Position numbers and translations under genes: made by a program. Under the pieces are notes generated by a model that was given only the letters and a program-made list of their open reading frames with translations, was not told where the DNA came from and did no database searches. Source: Malacoraja senta (Eukaryota). Taken from it: a stretch of DNA of 64,000 nt. The DNA is taken from positions 10,232,001 to 10,296,000 of the forward strand of contig CM075991.1 in NCBI GenBank assembly GCA_038087875.1, written 5' to 3'. The number at the start of each line of letters is the position of its first letter. Position 1 is the first letter of the stretch. Positions 1 to 13,293 of the stretch are shown one piece after another.

Positions 1-332
1 AACATCGGGAACAATCTTCCTGCATCTAGCCTGTCCAACCCCTTAAGAATCTTATAAGTTTCTATAAGATCCCCCCTCAATCTTCTAAATACTAGCGAGT
101 ACAAGCCGAGTCTATCCAGACTTTCTTCATATGAAAGTCCTGACATCCCAGGAATCAGTCTGGTGAACCTTCTCTGTACTCCCTCTATGGCAAGAATGTC
201 TTTCCTCAGATTTGGTGACCAAAACTGTACGCAATACTCCAGGTGTGGTCTCACCAAGACCCTGTACAACTGCAGTAGAACCTCCCTGCTCTTATACTCA
301 AATCCTTTTGCTATGAATGCTAACATACCATG
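1..332 (-). mobile_element. CR1-clade (HER1-like) LINE ORF2 fragment
   Basis: Near-identical to the copy at 12931-13262, which encodes RPHLEYCVQFWSP..VQRRFTRLIPG. Confidence 0.9.
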
Positions 333-1321
333 GGGTGAATGGCCTAATCCTGTTCCTATAACGTATGAACATGAACTGTGACATGAATTGTAATTGCATT
401 TTGTGGAGAGTGACGCACAGTGACATGAATGCCCGGATGGTCTTGCGACACGACAATGTTTGTATTACCATCATCCTTGTGCCAGGAATTCGTGAAACAT
501 TTGCTGAAGAATTCTTAGATCAGTGCGCTTCTAGTCAATGGAGAAAGGGATCAGTATTGAGCAACGAGCGTGCAGGGTAAATGGAGTTAGTTTAGTTTAG
601 TTTTGAGATCCATCAAAGAAACAGGCCCTTCGTCACTCCGAGCCCGCACCAACCAGCGATCACTGGTTTTATCCCACACTCTCGGGCAACTTACAGAAGC
701 CAATATACCTACCAACCTTCGGAAAGTCGGAGGAAACCGGAGGACTCAGAGAAAACCCACACGGTCACAGAAGAACCTACAAACAGCATACAAGCACCCG
801 TAGTCAGGATCGAACCTGGGTCTCTGGCACTGTGAGGCAGCAACTCTACCACTGTGATGTTTAATGAGGGAGTATTTGAGAGATCAATAACCCCAACAAG
901 GTTCACAAGGATGTTACCGGGACCGGAGGGCTTCAGCTCATAACGTCATCAGTGATAGAAGCAGAATTAGGCCATTCGGCCCATCAAGTCTACTCCACCA
1001 TTCAATCGTTCTCAGTGGGCTATTTCTGTCCACTTTGCTAATTGGGGATCGAGCTTTGGTATGACAATGCTTCACTGAACACTCTGTCTCTGTGTGATTG
1101 CACCACTGACCATCCAGGGAAAAGAACATTGTAATAAATGGTAACCCAAGCTTGAGGGGCCGAATGGCCTCCTTTTAGTTTAGTTTAGAGAAACAGCGCG
1201 GAAACAGGCCCTCTGGTCCATTGAGTCCGTGCCAACCAGCAATCCCTGCACACTAACACTATCCTACACACACTAGGGACAATTTACATTTATACCAAGC
1301 CAATTTACCTACAAACCCGAA

Positions 1322-1760
1322 GATAGACTTGGCTTATACTCGCTAGAATTTAGGAGATTGAGAGGGGATCTTATAGAAACATACAAAATTCTTATGGGGG
1401 CTGGACAGGCTAGATGCAGGAAGATTGTTCCCGATGTTGGGGAAGTCCAGGACAAGGGGTCACAGCTTAAGGATAAGGGGGAAATCCTTTAAGACCGAGA
1501 TGAGAAAAAACTTTTTCACACAGAGAGTGGTGAATCTCTGGAACTCTCTGCCACAGAGGGTAGTTGAGGCCAGTTCATTGGCTATATTTAAGAGGGAGTT
1601 AGATGTGGCCCTTGTGGCTAAAGGGATCAGGGGGTATGGAGAGAAGGCAGGTACGGGATACTGAGTTGGATGATCAGCCATGATCATATTGAATGGTGGT
1701 GCAGGCTCGAAGGGCCGAATGGCCTACTCCTGCACCTATTGTCTATGTATCTATGTATCT
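1322..1760 (+). mobile_element. CR1 LINE 3' end, inserted into a SINE
   Basis: RTRGHSLRIRG..FFTQRVVNLWNSLP; tail gggccgaatggcctactcctgcacc + (ctatgtat)n. Confidence 0.92.
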
Positions 1761-1783
1761 TTAGACACAAATGGCTGGAGTAA

Positions 1784-2137
1784 AGGGCCTGTTCCACTGT
1801 ACGAGGTAATTCAAGAGTTCTCCCGAGTTTTCCCCTGATTTGAACTCGGAGAATGTCCGTAGCCGGTCCGTAGGAGTTCGTGGATGTCTCGTAGCGGCCC
1901 GTACTAGTAAAAAGTAACCATTTTTTTCATCACGAGTATTTTTTTACTCGTGGACATTTTTCAGTGTTGAAAAAACATCACGAGTTTACCGGATTTCCCG
2001 AGTACCTACCGTTACTCATACGAGCCGCTACGGGGACACCCACGAACTCCTACGGGCCCGCTACGGACATTCTACAAGTTCGAATCAGGGGAAAAACTCG
2101 GGAGAACTCTAGAATTACCTCGTACAGGCCAGGGCCT
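1784..2137. mobile_element. Harbinger-type MITE inserted in a Penelope-derived repeat
   Basis: Left TIR AGGGCCTGTTCCACT after TAA; degenerate right TIR before TTA. Confidence 0.82.
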
Positions 2138-2665
2138 TTACTCAGCGGGACAAGCAGCACCTCTGGAGAGAAGGAATGGGTGACGTTTTGGTTCGAGACC
2201 CTTCTTCAGACTGAAGACCCAAAACGTCACCCATTCCTTCTCTCCAGAGGTGCTGCTTGTCCCGCTGAGTTACTCCACCATTTTGTGTCTATCTTCTGTT
2301 TTAAACCAGCATCTGCAATTCCTTCCTACACCCTTAACCTACAAACCTGTACATCTTTGGAGTGTGGGAGGAAACTGAAGATCTCGGAGAGAACCCACGT
2401 GGTCACGGGGAGAAGGTACAAACTCGGTACAGACAGCACCCGTAGTCGGGATCGAACCCGGGTCTCCGGCGCTGTAAGCGCTGTAAGGCAGCGACGTTAC
2501 CACCTTGCCGTCTGGCTCAGATGTTATGTTCTTATACCCATTGTGGTGATAAGACTTGACCGGGGAATTTTCCAATCGTATCTGGCGGGCTATAGTATTG
2601 TCAGAGTGCTGTCTGTAGACAATGTGACATGACCCACAATGGATGGAATGAGTGTTGGACAAATT

Positions 2666-2930
2666 CAATGTACACGCTGAATGGTTCCAAAAATTAACTG
2701 GTACAATATACTGTCTGAACGGATACAAGAAGCACCTTCAATTTACAAGCTGAAAGAGTGTAGGAAATGGTTCCATTTATAGTCTGAGTGAGTACAAGAA
2801 AGTTGTCAAATATACAGTGAAAGAGTACAGAAAACACATTCAATATACAGGCTAAAAATGTACAAGACAGAAGACTGTATCACTATATAGGCTCAAGGAC
2901 TACTGGAAAGTATTCATCGTTTACAGTGCA
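2666..2930 (+). repeat. Degenerate ~35-bp minisatellite, about 7 units
   Basis: Recurrent AATATACAGGCTGAAAGAGTACAAGAAA-like units. Confidence 0.6.
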
Positions 2931-3493
2931 ATTCAATTCAGTTCATTGTCACATGTACCGAGGTACAGTGAAAAGCTTTTTGTTGCCTGCTAACTAGTCA
3001 GCGGAAAGACAACACATGATTACAATCAATCCATTGACAGTGTATAGATACATGGTAAGGGAATAACGTTTAGTGCAAGGTAAAGCCAGCAAAGTCCGGT
3101 CAAGGATAGTCTGAGCAAGATAGTCACTGCTCTCTGTTGTGGTGGGATGAGGATAGTTTCTAAAGATACAGCATGGAAACAGGCCCGTTGGTCGATACGC
3201 CAGTTCAATACCACACATTAATGACAATTTATAAAAGCCAATTCATCTACAAAAACCGGAGCACCCGGAGAAAACCCACGCGATCACAGGGAGAACATGC
3301 AAACTCCGTACAGACAGCACCCGTGGTCAGGATTGAACCCGCGTCACTGGTGCTGCAAGTAAGCAACTCTACCGCTGCGCCAACGTACCGGCCCTTGTAA
3401 TTAACAGATACAAAACGTGCTTATCTTTGACAGATACAAAATGCTGGAGTAACTCAACGCGACAGGCAGCAGGTATGGATAGAAGGAATGGGT

Positions 3494-3521
3494 GACGTTT
3501 CGGGTCGAGACCCTTCTTCAG
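3494..3521 (-). ncRNA. Candidate minimal hammerhead core (also intact at 23320-23347 -, 59247-59274 -, 9953-9980 +, 17046-17073 +)
   Basis: CUGAAGA-AGGGUCUCGACCC-GAAAC-GUC; helix I only ~2 bp. Confidence 0.55.
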
Positions 3522-4284
3522 ACTGAACCGATCTTCAGATTGGCCCACACAGATCAACATGTCCCATCTACACTAGACTCACATGCCCACAAACCTCTAC
3601 CTGTCCTATTTGTGTACCTGTCCAAATGTCTCTTAAACGTTATGATGGTATCTGCCTCAACTACCTCTTCCAGCAGATCGTGACCCCGCAGATGCATATG
3701 AAATATTTCCCCCCTCATCTTAAACCTATGTCCTCTCTGGATCTTGATTCCCCTCTGGGCAAAAGACCGTGCATTTATCCGATCTAATCCTCTCTTGATC
3801 ACCCATCATCTTCAAGCGGTATCTCTGGAGAGAAGGAATGGGGACCGTTTCGGGTCGGGACCCTTCTTCAAACCTTCTAACTTCTATGGTCACTGCAGTT
3901 GAACAAAGGCTTGTGTGTATCATTATTACAAAGGAAAAAATACGAGACTTTTCTATTTGTCCACTAATTCCGTTTATTGCATTACCTGACAGGTAGGATT
4001 GATTGCAACATTTGTCAAGGATGTGTACAGTTGGTGGAATTAACTCAGGATTAAGCCAATTTATTATGGAGACTTGTAGGTTGATGGTTGGCAGTGAGAT
4101 ACGATGGCAGTAGTTCATTATGGGCATTGGAAGAGTGTGGCTGTACTCCAGCAGTGCCCACATGATGGTTGTCACAATCCCACAGAGAGTTTTATCCTTA
4201 ACCTTCACGTTTGTTCGCTGTTCAACGCATCCAATGTTATTTTAGTTTCCTAAGCATCAGCATTATTTCTACAGCAGAAAGCAA

Positions 4285-6225
4285 ACTCATTGCTAGCATT
4301 TATTTCAAGAGGGCTTGTACACAAAAACAGGGATGTAACGTTGAGGCCGCATTTGGAATATTGAGAGCAATTCTGGGCACCATATCTGAGGAAGGATGTG
4401 CTGGCTCTGGAGATGTGCTGGCTCTGGAGAGGGTCCAGAGGAGGTTTACAAGAATGATCCCAGGAATGAGTGGGTTAGCATATGATGATAATATTAATAC
4501 ATTTTATTTATGGGCGCCTTTCAAAAGTCTCAAGGACACCTTACAAAGTTTAACAAATAGTAGAAACATGTAAGCGGAATGAAATAAATAGTAAAGACAT
4601 CACGAGTACACAAATTAAAGAGAGAATTCAATCCAAAAAACACAATATGGAAGAGAGAGCAGCGGATGCTAAAACGCGCCAGCGTCCACTCTCCCCTCCG
4701 GCAGCCATCTTGGACATAAAATAAAATATCATTTACACACAAAAATCATCCCCCCCGCAATGATTACCACTGTGGGGGAAGGCACAATGTCCAGTCCCCA
4801 ACCCCAGTTCACCCAAAGTCAGGCCTATTGAGGCCTCCACAGTTGCCTCTACGGAGGCCCGATGTTTCCTGGCCGTTTTCACCGGGTGTTGTTGCCCCGG
4901 CGTCGGGAGAGTCCACGCAGCGGCTGGGCCACCTGGAGCGGCAGATTTTCTACCGGAGTCCGTGGCACCTGAAGCCGACAAGGCCGCGCCGATTTGGAGC
5001 TCCGAGGCTCCCGATGTTGGAGTCGGCGCCACGCCCGCCCGCGGCCGCCCGCTCCGCAGTCCCGCAGCCCGGAGGTGTCGAGCTCGGCGGTCCAGCTCAC
5101 CGGAGCTCCAGCGCGTCGATCCAGCGCGGCAACCCAGGCAAGGCATCGCCCCGCTTCCGCTCCGCGATAGTGCTCCAGCGCTGTGCCGCCACCGAAGCTG
5201 AAGGTGCTGGGCGGTCCCAGTCAGGAAACGCCGCTCCACGCCACGCTGGTAGGCCACAAGGACGGGTCGACGAGGGCAGCCTGGAGAAAAAGCTGCCTCA
5301 CCAACCAGGTAAGGACCTAGAAATAGTTTCCCCCTTACCCCCCCACATTAAAAGTCAAAATTCCCCATAGACAAAAACAAGAAAAAAACTAAAACCAAGT
5401 AAAAAAAAGTGAATTTAACAGACGGCTGCTGGTTAGCAGCCGTTCCCCAAGATAGCTCCTCCCCACCATATGATGAGCGTTTTGTCGGCACTGGGCCTGT
5501 ACTCGCTGGAGTTTAGAATGGGGGGGGGACCTCATTGAAAGTTACAGAATAATGAAAGGCTTGGATAGAGTGGATGTGGAGAGGATGTTTCCATTAGTGG
5601 GAGAGTCTAGGACTAGAGGTCATAGTCTCAGGATTAAAGAATGTTCTTTTAAAGCCCTGTCCCACTGTACGAGTTCATTCAAGAGCTCTCCCGAGTTTAA
5701 AAAAAATCAAACTCGTGGTAAGCACGGAGAATGAACGTAGCGGGTACGTCGGAGCTCGGGGACGTCTCTTAGCGGCTCGTAAACGCTAACGGCAGGTACT
5801 CTGGAAACGCGGTAAGCTCGGGAAGACTCGTGAAGATTTTTCAACATGTTGGAAAATGTCCACGAGAGCCCCGAGTACCTACGAGCGGCCATTACCGTAA
5901 ATCTCCGAGTTCGAATCAGGGGAAACTCGGGAGAACTCTTCAATGAACTCGTACAGTGGGACAGGGGGTTTAAGGAAGGAGATGAGGAGAAATGTATTTA
6001 GTCAGAGGTTGGTGAATCTGTGGAATTCTTTGCCACAGAAGGCTGTGGAGGCTGTCAGTGGATATTTTTAAGGCAGAGATAGATAGATTCTCAATTAGCA
6101 TGGGTGTCAGAGGTTATGGTGAGAAGGCTGGAGAATGGGGTTGGGAGAGGAGAGATAGATCAGTCATGATTGAATGGAGGAGTAGACTTGATGGGCCGAA
6201 TGGCCTAATTCTACCCCTATTCCTT
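4285..6225 (+). mobile_element. CR1 LINE 3' region interrupted by a ~1 kb GC-rich insert (4489-5466) and a MITE (~5652-5970)
   Basis: LERVQRRFTRMIPG / RTRGHSLRIK pieces rejoin across the inserts. Confidence 0.85.
5652..5970. mobile_element. Harbinger-type MITE inserted in CR1
   Basis: GCCCTGTCCCACT...AGTGGGACAGGG; same internal sequence as 49437-49744; TWA flanks. Confidence 0.88.
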
Positions 6226-6549
6226 CTGACATTATTTCCTCCCTTGATTGGGCAGGTGTTGAGAGTTGCTGAATGTGGAGGAGTTCAGAGTGAAGGCAGG
6301 TGAATGGTGTATAAATGTAAGCCATGGGGAATGTGAAGGCAATGGATCGCCCGGGACTGGGACAAATAGGGTGTATATTTTCGCTGCCACAGCAGATGAC
6401 TTGGAGGTTTGCCAGAAGTTTTTCAGCGGCAGAGAGCGTGGGTTCCGACAGGCAAGTCACCTTGAACCTCGCCCCAGGATAGCCGCACATTGTGTGGCTA
6501 TTTCTATCCCGCTCCAGTTCAAGAGAGAACGACCGCTTTCAAAAGACTT

Positions 6550-6835
6550 TTAGAGACACAGCGTGAAAACAGGCCCTTCGGCCCACCGAGTCGGTGCTCA
6601 CCCCGTACACAAGCACAATCCTACACACACTAGGGGCCAATTTACAATTTTACCAAAGCCAGTTAACCTACAAACCCGTACGTCTTTGGAATGTGGGAGG
6701 AAACCGGAGCACCCGGAGAAAACCCACGCAGGTCACAGGGAGAACGTACAAACTCGGTACAGACAGCGCCCTTGGTCAGGATCGAACCTGTGACTCGTGA
6801 GGCAGCAATTCTACCGCTGCGCCACCGTGCCACCC
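6550..6835 (-). mobile_element. V-SINE (HE1-like)
   Basis: Same structure; further copies at ~590-855, 2335-2515, 11209-11450, 22674-23125, 24015-25015, 27186-27450, 28681-28845, 30128-30425, 46712-46880, 56350-56620. Confidence 0.85.
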
Positions 6836-6924
6836 TACAACCTTCACAAGCTTGGACACTTTGTACAGGAGTGGCTGAGGAAGAGAATGTGGATGGAGAG
6901 GGAGTGAACGAGGGGCGGAGAGAG

Positions 6925-7527
<603 letters not shown>

Positions 7528-7879
7528 GGTGGGGAGAATGAAAAAAAGAGGGATTTGGGAAATGAATGGCTCTTGCTTTGAAAATAATTCTTATTCAGTA
7601 GGAGCTTTACTTCTTCAGATTGGTAATGGAATAACTTACAGGATTAGGTTGTTTTTTTAAACCCTGTGGAATTTGGAAGGTTCAGAGATAAGACAAACGT
7701 CATTCCTTCAAGAGTTTTTCTCCCACCCGTCTCTCAGTCCAGCAGCCGGCAACTCGGTAACTAAATCCATTTTGAGAAGATGCCACATGAAAGGTCACAG
7801 CAGAGGATGAAATCCGACGGTAAATGAGGTGACGTTTTGCATGGGTTTAACATTGGCAGGCTAGCAGAGAACAGAGTTA

Positions 7880-8502
7880 AGGCCCCTGTCCCACTTTCCC
7901 GAGTTACTCACGAACTCTCCCGAGTTTTCCCCTTCATTCGAACTCGGAGAATTACGGTAATAGCCGTTCGTAGGTACTCGGGGCTATTTTTTTTAACTCG
8001 TGGACATTTTTCAACATGTTGAAAAAACGTCCCAACTTAAGGGCCTGCCCCACTGTACGAGGTAATTCAAGAGTTCTCCCGAGTTTCCCCTGATTCGAAC
8101 TCAGAGAATTATGGTAATAGCTGCTCATAGGTACTCGGGGCTCTCGTGGACACTCTCTGCACTGTTGATAAAAACGTAATGAGCTTACCGCGTTTCCCGA
8201 GTACCTGCCGTTAACGTTACGAGCCGCTAAGAGACGTCCCAAGCTCCGACGTACATTCTACGTACTTACCACGAGTTTGATTTTTTTTTTTTTACTCGAT
8301 AAAGCTCTTGGGTAAACTCGTACAGTGGGACAGGCCCTTTACCTGATGCCCCGAGTTCCTACGGCTGGCATTACGAGCCGCTACGAAACATCTACGGCCT
8401 CCTACGAGCTCGCTACAGACATTACCCGACATTCCCCGAGTTCGAATCAAGGGGAAAACTCGGGAGAGTTCGTGAGTAACTCGGGAAAGTGGGACAGGGC
8501 CT
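7880..8502. mobile_element. Harbinger-type MITE with a second MITE nested inside (8040-8338)
   Basis: Outer and inner TIR pairs, each flanked by a TTA TSD. Confidence 0.9.
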
Positions 8503-9525
8503 TTAGGGTACAAAAAGCGTGCCTGCATCTGGCTTGGCAAGATATGAAGAGTAGCTGTGTGTGGCAGAGCTCATAGCTGGGCCTCAACTTTACACACCTT
8601 AGGAGCGTAGAAACAGGCCCTTCGGCCCACAGCGTCGACGCCGAATGGTCACTCGTTCACCAGTTCTATCCCACACTTGGGACAATTTACAGAAGCCAAT
8701 TGACCTTCAAACACACACACACACACATCTTTGGAGTGCGTGAGGAAACTGGAGCACCTGGAGAAAACCCACACGGTCACAGGGAGAATGTGCGAACTCC
8801 ACACAGACAGCACCCGAGGAGCAGCAGGGGGAGCTGCTGCCACACAGTGCCAGAGACCCAAGTTCCATCCTGACCTCGGGGGCTGTCTTTGTTCATAAGT
8901 CGTAGGAGCAGAATTAGGCCATTCGGCCCATCGAGTCTACTCCGCCATTCAATCATGGCCGATCTATCTCTCCCTCTCAACCCCATTCTCCTGCCTTCTC
9001 CCCGTAACCCCTGACACCCGTACTGATCAAGTGGAGTTGGTGGAGTTTCACCACTCTCTCTGCAACATAGCAGTTTAGAGAGTTGCTCAAACACTTTTCC
9101 TTCACAGGCTGACTGACCAGTTGTTTGTATCCAGCATTTCCTGCTTCTCTCTCTCTGAGAGAGACCTCCGTTTAATGTCTGGCCCATACAGAACGCTCTC
9201 CCACCAGTGCAGCACTCCGCTGTTCTGTGCTGAAGTCTCCCATTCACGAGGATCAGTGGTAGAGTTGCTGCCTCACAGTGCCAGAGACACAGGTTCGATC
9301 CTGACCTCGGATGCTGTCTGTGCAGAGTTTGTACATTCTCCCTGTGACTACCTGGGTTTTTCCGGTTGCTCCAGTTTCCTCCCCATTCCAAAGACGTGGG
9401 GTTCGAAGGTTAATTGGCTTCTGTTAATTGCCTTTAGGCAGAAGGATTGAACCAGTGTATAGGTGATCGTTGATCGACATGGACTCTGTGAGCCGATGGG
9501 CCTGTTTCCACCCTGTATCTCAAAA

Positions 9526-10405
9526 GTAAGCATGCAGGTACAGCAGGCAGTGAAGAAAGCAAATGGCATGTTGGCCTTCATAACAAGAGGAGTTGAGTAT
9601 AGGAACAAAGAGGTCCTTCTGCAGTTGTATAGGGCCCTAGTGAGTGCAGTTTTGGTCCCCTAATTTGAGGAAGGACATTCTTGCTATTGAGGGAGTGCAG
9701 CGTAGGTTTACAAGGCTAATTCCCCGGATGGCGGGACTGTCATATGCTGAGAGAATGGAGCAGCTGGGCTTGTACACTCTGGAGTTTAGAAGGATGAGAG
9801 GGAATCTCATTGAAACATATTATATTATTAAGGGTTTGGGCACGCTAGAGGCAGGAAACATGTTCCCGACGGTACACAAAAATGCTGTAGAAACTCAGCG
9901 GGTGCAGCAGCATCTATGGAGCGAAGGAAGTGTTCGAGTCTGAAGTCTGAGTCTGAAGAGGGGTTTCGGCCCGAAACGTTGCCTATTTCCTTCGCTCCAT
10001 AGATGCTGCTGCACTCGCTGAGTTTCTCCAGCATTTTTGTGTACCTTCGATTTTCCAGCATCTGCAATTCCTTCTTAAACAACATGTTCCCGATGTTGGG
10101 GGAGTCCAGAACCAGGGGCCACAGTTTAAGAATAAAGGGGTAAGCCATTTAGAACGGAGATGGGGAAACACTTTTTCTCACAGAGAGTGGTGAGTCTGTG
10201 GAATTCTCTGCCTCAGAGGGCGGTGGAGGCCGGTTCTCTGGATACTTTCAAGAGAGATCTAGATAGGGCTCTTAAAGATAGCGGAGTCAAGTGATTTGGG
10301 GAGAAGGCAGGAATGGGATACTGATTATGGATGATCACATTGAATGGCGGTGCTGGCTCGAAGGGCTGAATGGCCTACTCCTGCACCTATTGTCTATGGT
10401 CTATT
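9526..10405 (+). mobile_element. CR1 LINE 3' region interrupted by a Penelope-derived hairpin element
   Basis: AVKKANGMLAFI, VQRRFTRLIP, standard CR1 3' tail. Confidence 0.9.
9870..10080 (+). mobile_element. Short non-coding Penelope-derived fold-back element with 13-bp TSD
   Basis: TSD AACATGTTCCCGA at 9857-9869 and 10081-10093; ~60-bp inverted arms enclosing CTGAAGA-GGGGTTTCGGCCC-GAAACGTT. Confidence 0.85.
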
Positions 10406-12610
10406 GCCTGAAACTAAACCAGCATTAGTCTTACTCAATGACTGAGCAGGTCAGAGTGTCTGAGTGGTCTACTCCTATACCTGATTCATATGTTTAGTTT
10501 AGTTTGGTTTAGAGATACACCGTAGAAACAGGCCCCGCGGCCCGCCGAGCCCGCACCGACCAGCGATCCCCGCACACTAACCACTATCCTACACACATTC
10601 GGGACGATTTACAATCATACCAAGCCGTTTAGCCTCCAAACCTGTACGTCTTAGGAAACCTGTACAAACCTATGCTCATACACTAAACTGCAAGACACTG
10701 CCCCTGCCCCTGCTGTAGCTTTGACACCAGTACAGGCTTTAATCTTACGCGGCATTAGGATAAGTTGCAAATTAATTGCTCACACAAGGCATCCTGTCTG
10801 GGAACAGGTTAAAATGATTTACGAGACAGTATCTGTTCCAAAGCAGCTTCACTTGGAAGCAATGTTTAGCAAAGGTCCGACTGTCAAAGACGTGGCAGCA
10901 GCAGATATTATCAATCTGGGCAGATGAGCCGTGCAGAGATACTGGAGAGTAGCTGCATGGGAACCATGACAAGGCATTCCTTCAGCCGAGGGACTTTGTA
11001 CAATAATGCTGAGCCCTGAGCCCAGTTCGCAAGGGTGAAATCTAAGCATAGATTGCAATGGTTCGGATAATGAACATGACATCATTGAAAAATGAGTTTG
11101 ATATCCTGCTAAACAAGGCTTTTAGCTTGTTCATTTGAAGGACGGCATTTATTATGCATCCCGACTTGCACTTGGTGGTGGATCTGCTGTTCCTGCTGCC
11201 ATGGACGTCACGGTGGCGCAGCAGTAGAGTTGCTGCTTTACAGCGCCAGAGACCCGGGTTCGAACCTGACTACGGGTGCTGTCTGTACGGAGTTTGTACA
11301 CTATCCCGTGAACTGGTTGGGTTTTCTCCGGGCGCTCCGGTTTCATCCCACACTCCAAAGTTAATTGGCTTCGGTAAAATTGTAAATGGATGGGGCATCT
11401 GGGTCAGCATGGACGTGTTGGGCTGAAGGGCCCGTTTCTGTACTGTATGACCATGTGACTCTATAACTCTATGAATCTATGATCTTAATCCCATCCAGCA
11501 ACCTAACCCCGGCACCCTTCGACCTGAAACGTCGCCTATTTCCTTCGCTCCATAGATGCTGCCTCACCCACTGAGTTTCTCCAGCATTTTTGTCTACCTT
11601 CAATACTTGTTTGATCGATCCTTCTCCAAGACATTCCCCATCTCGGAACAATGGACAAAACACAAATTGCAAATAGAGATTCCAGAGACTAGCACCTCTT
11701 TCTCCCACTTCTTCTCCCAGACTCCAAGGTCAATGGAATCTTTCTCTCACAATGGGTACGATCTTCCGATTAACACCCTCTCCAGACTATCTCCCTCCCA
11801 ATTTGTGCCCTATATGTTCCCTCTGTCACTGAATGACATTCAGTGACATATAGGGCACAAATTGTCCTGTAATGGAGAATCCACATTTAGTTATTTGAGA
11901 TACATTTGGCTCTTTTCTCTTTGTTTCTCTTTGTCACTTTTTAATGATGCTTTTAATATATAGTTCGAGTCATAGAGTCACACAGCGTGGAAACAGGCCC
12001 TTCAACCCAACTTGCCCACGTCGAACAACATGCCTCATCTACACTAAGTCCCACCTGCCTACGTTTGGCCCATATCCCTCTAAACCCGTCCACCCACGTA
12101 CCTGTCTAAATGCTTCTTAAACGTTGCAATCGTACCTGCCTCTACTACCACCTCCGACAGCTCGTCCCTAACACTCACCACCCTTTGTGTGAAGAAATTA
12201 CACCTCAGGTTCGTATTAAATCTTTCACTCCCCCCCCTCACCTTAAACCTATATCCTCTGGTTCTTTATTCCCCCTACTCTGGGCAAGAGACTCTGTGCG
12301 TCTACCTGATCTATTCCTCTGATGTTCTGTTATTTTTTATATATATATATATATATAGTTGTTTTTCCCCATTGTATTAAAATATAAACTAATTTGAAGA
12401 CTTTCCCCTCATATTCCCCTGGCCCTAACGTGCTTGGCAAGGCATGTAAGGTGCCCTGGTTTGGGTCACCAGTGCCCAGAGTATATTGAAGAATGCTAGA
12501 AGCAGCCAGGGTGTTGCCCCCCATCAGCTCACCCTCACCACCCGTTTGCAGGACTTTGGAAGTAAGCCATTAGGAATCATAACCTGCAACTTTGTTTTTA
12601 TTTAGTTTAG

Positions 12611-13293
12611 AAACATAGAAACATAGAAAATAGGCACAGGAGTAGGCCATTCGGCCCTTCGAGCCTGCACCGCCATTTGATATGATCATGGCTGATCATC
12701 CAACTCAGTATCCCATCCCTGCCTTCTCTCCATACCCACTGATCCCTTTAGCCACAAGGGCCACATCTAACTCCCTCTTAAATATAGCCAATGAACTGGC
12801 CTCAACTACCTTCTGTGGCAGAGAATTCCACAGATTCACCACTCTCTGTGTAAAAAATGATTTCCTCATCTCGGTCCTAAAAGTCTTCCCTCTTATCCTT
12901 AAACTGTGACCCCTAGTTCTGAACTTCCCCAACATTGGGGAATAATCTTCCTGCATCTAGCCTGTCCAACCCCTTAAGAATTTTGTGAGTTTCTATAAGA
13001 TCCCCCCCTCAGTGTTCTGAATTCCAACGTGTACAAGCCGAGTCTATCCAGTCTTTCTTCATATGAAAGTCCTGCCATCCCAGGAATCAGTCTGGTGAAC
13101 CTTCTCTGTACTCCCTCTATGGCAAGAATGTCTTTCCTCAGATTTGGTGACCAAAACTGTACGCAATACTCCAGGTGTGGTCTCACCAAGACCCTGTACA
13201 ACTGCAGTAGAACCTCCCTGCTCTTGTACTCAAATCCTTTTGCTATGAATGCTAACATACCATTTGCTTTCTTCACTGCCTGCTGCACCTGCA
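12611..13293 (-). mobile_element. CR1 LINE 3' region
   Basis: KKANGMLAFI..RPHLEYCVQFWSP..; (agaaacat)n tail. Confidence 0.93.

Noticed and set aside
1964..2632. 222-aa ORF
   Set aside because: Runs across a MITE, a Penelope-derived hairpin and a SINE; chance open frame
2666..2930. CRISPR-like periodicity
   Set aside because: Eukaryotic context, degenerate units without unique spacers, no cas genes
4733..5370. Overlapping 170-180 aa ORFs and apparent CpG-island promoter
   Set aside because: They lie within a TSD-bounded insertion; high GC explains the lack of stops
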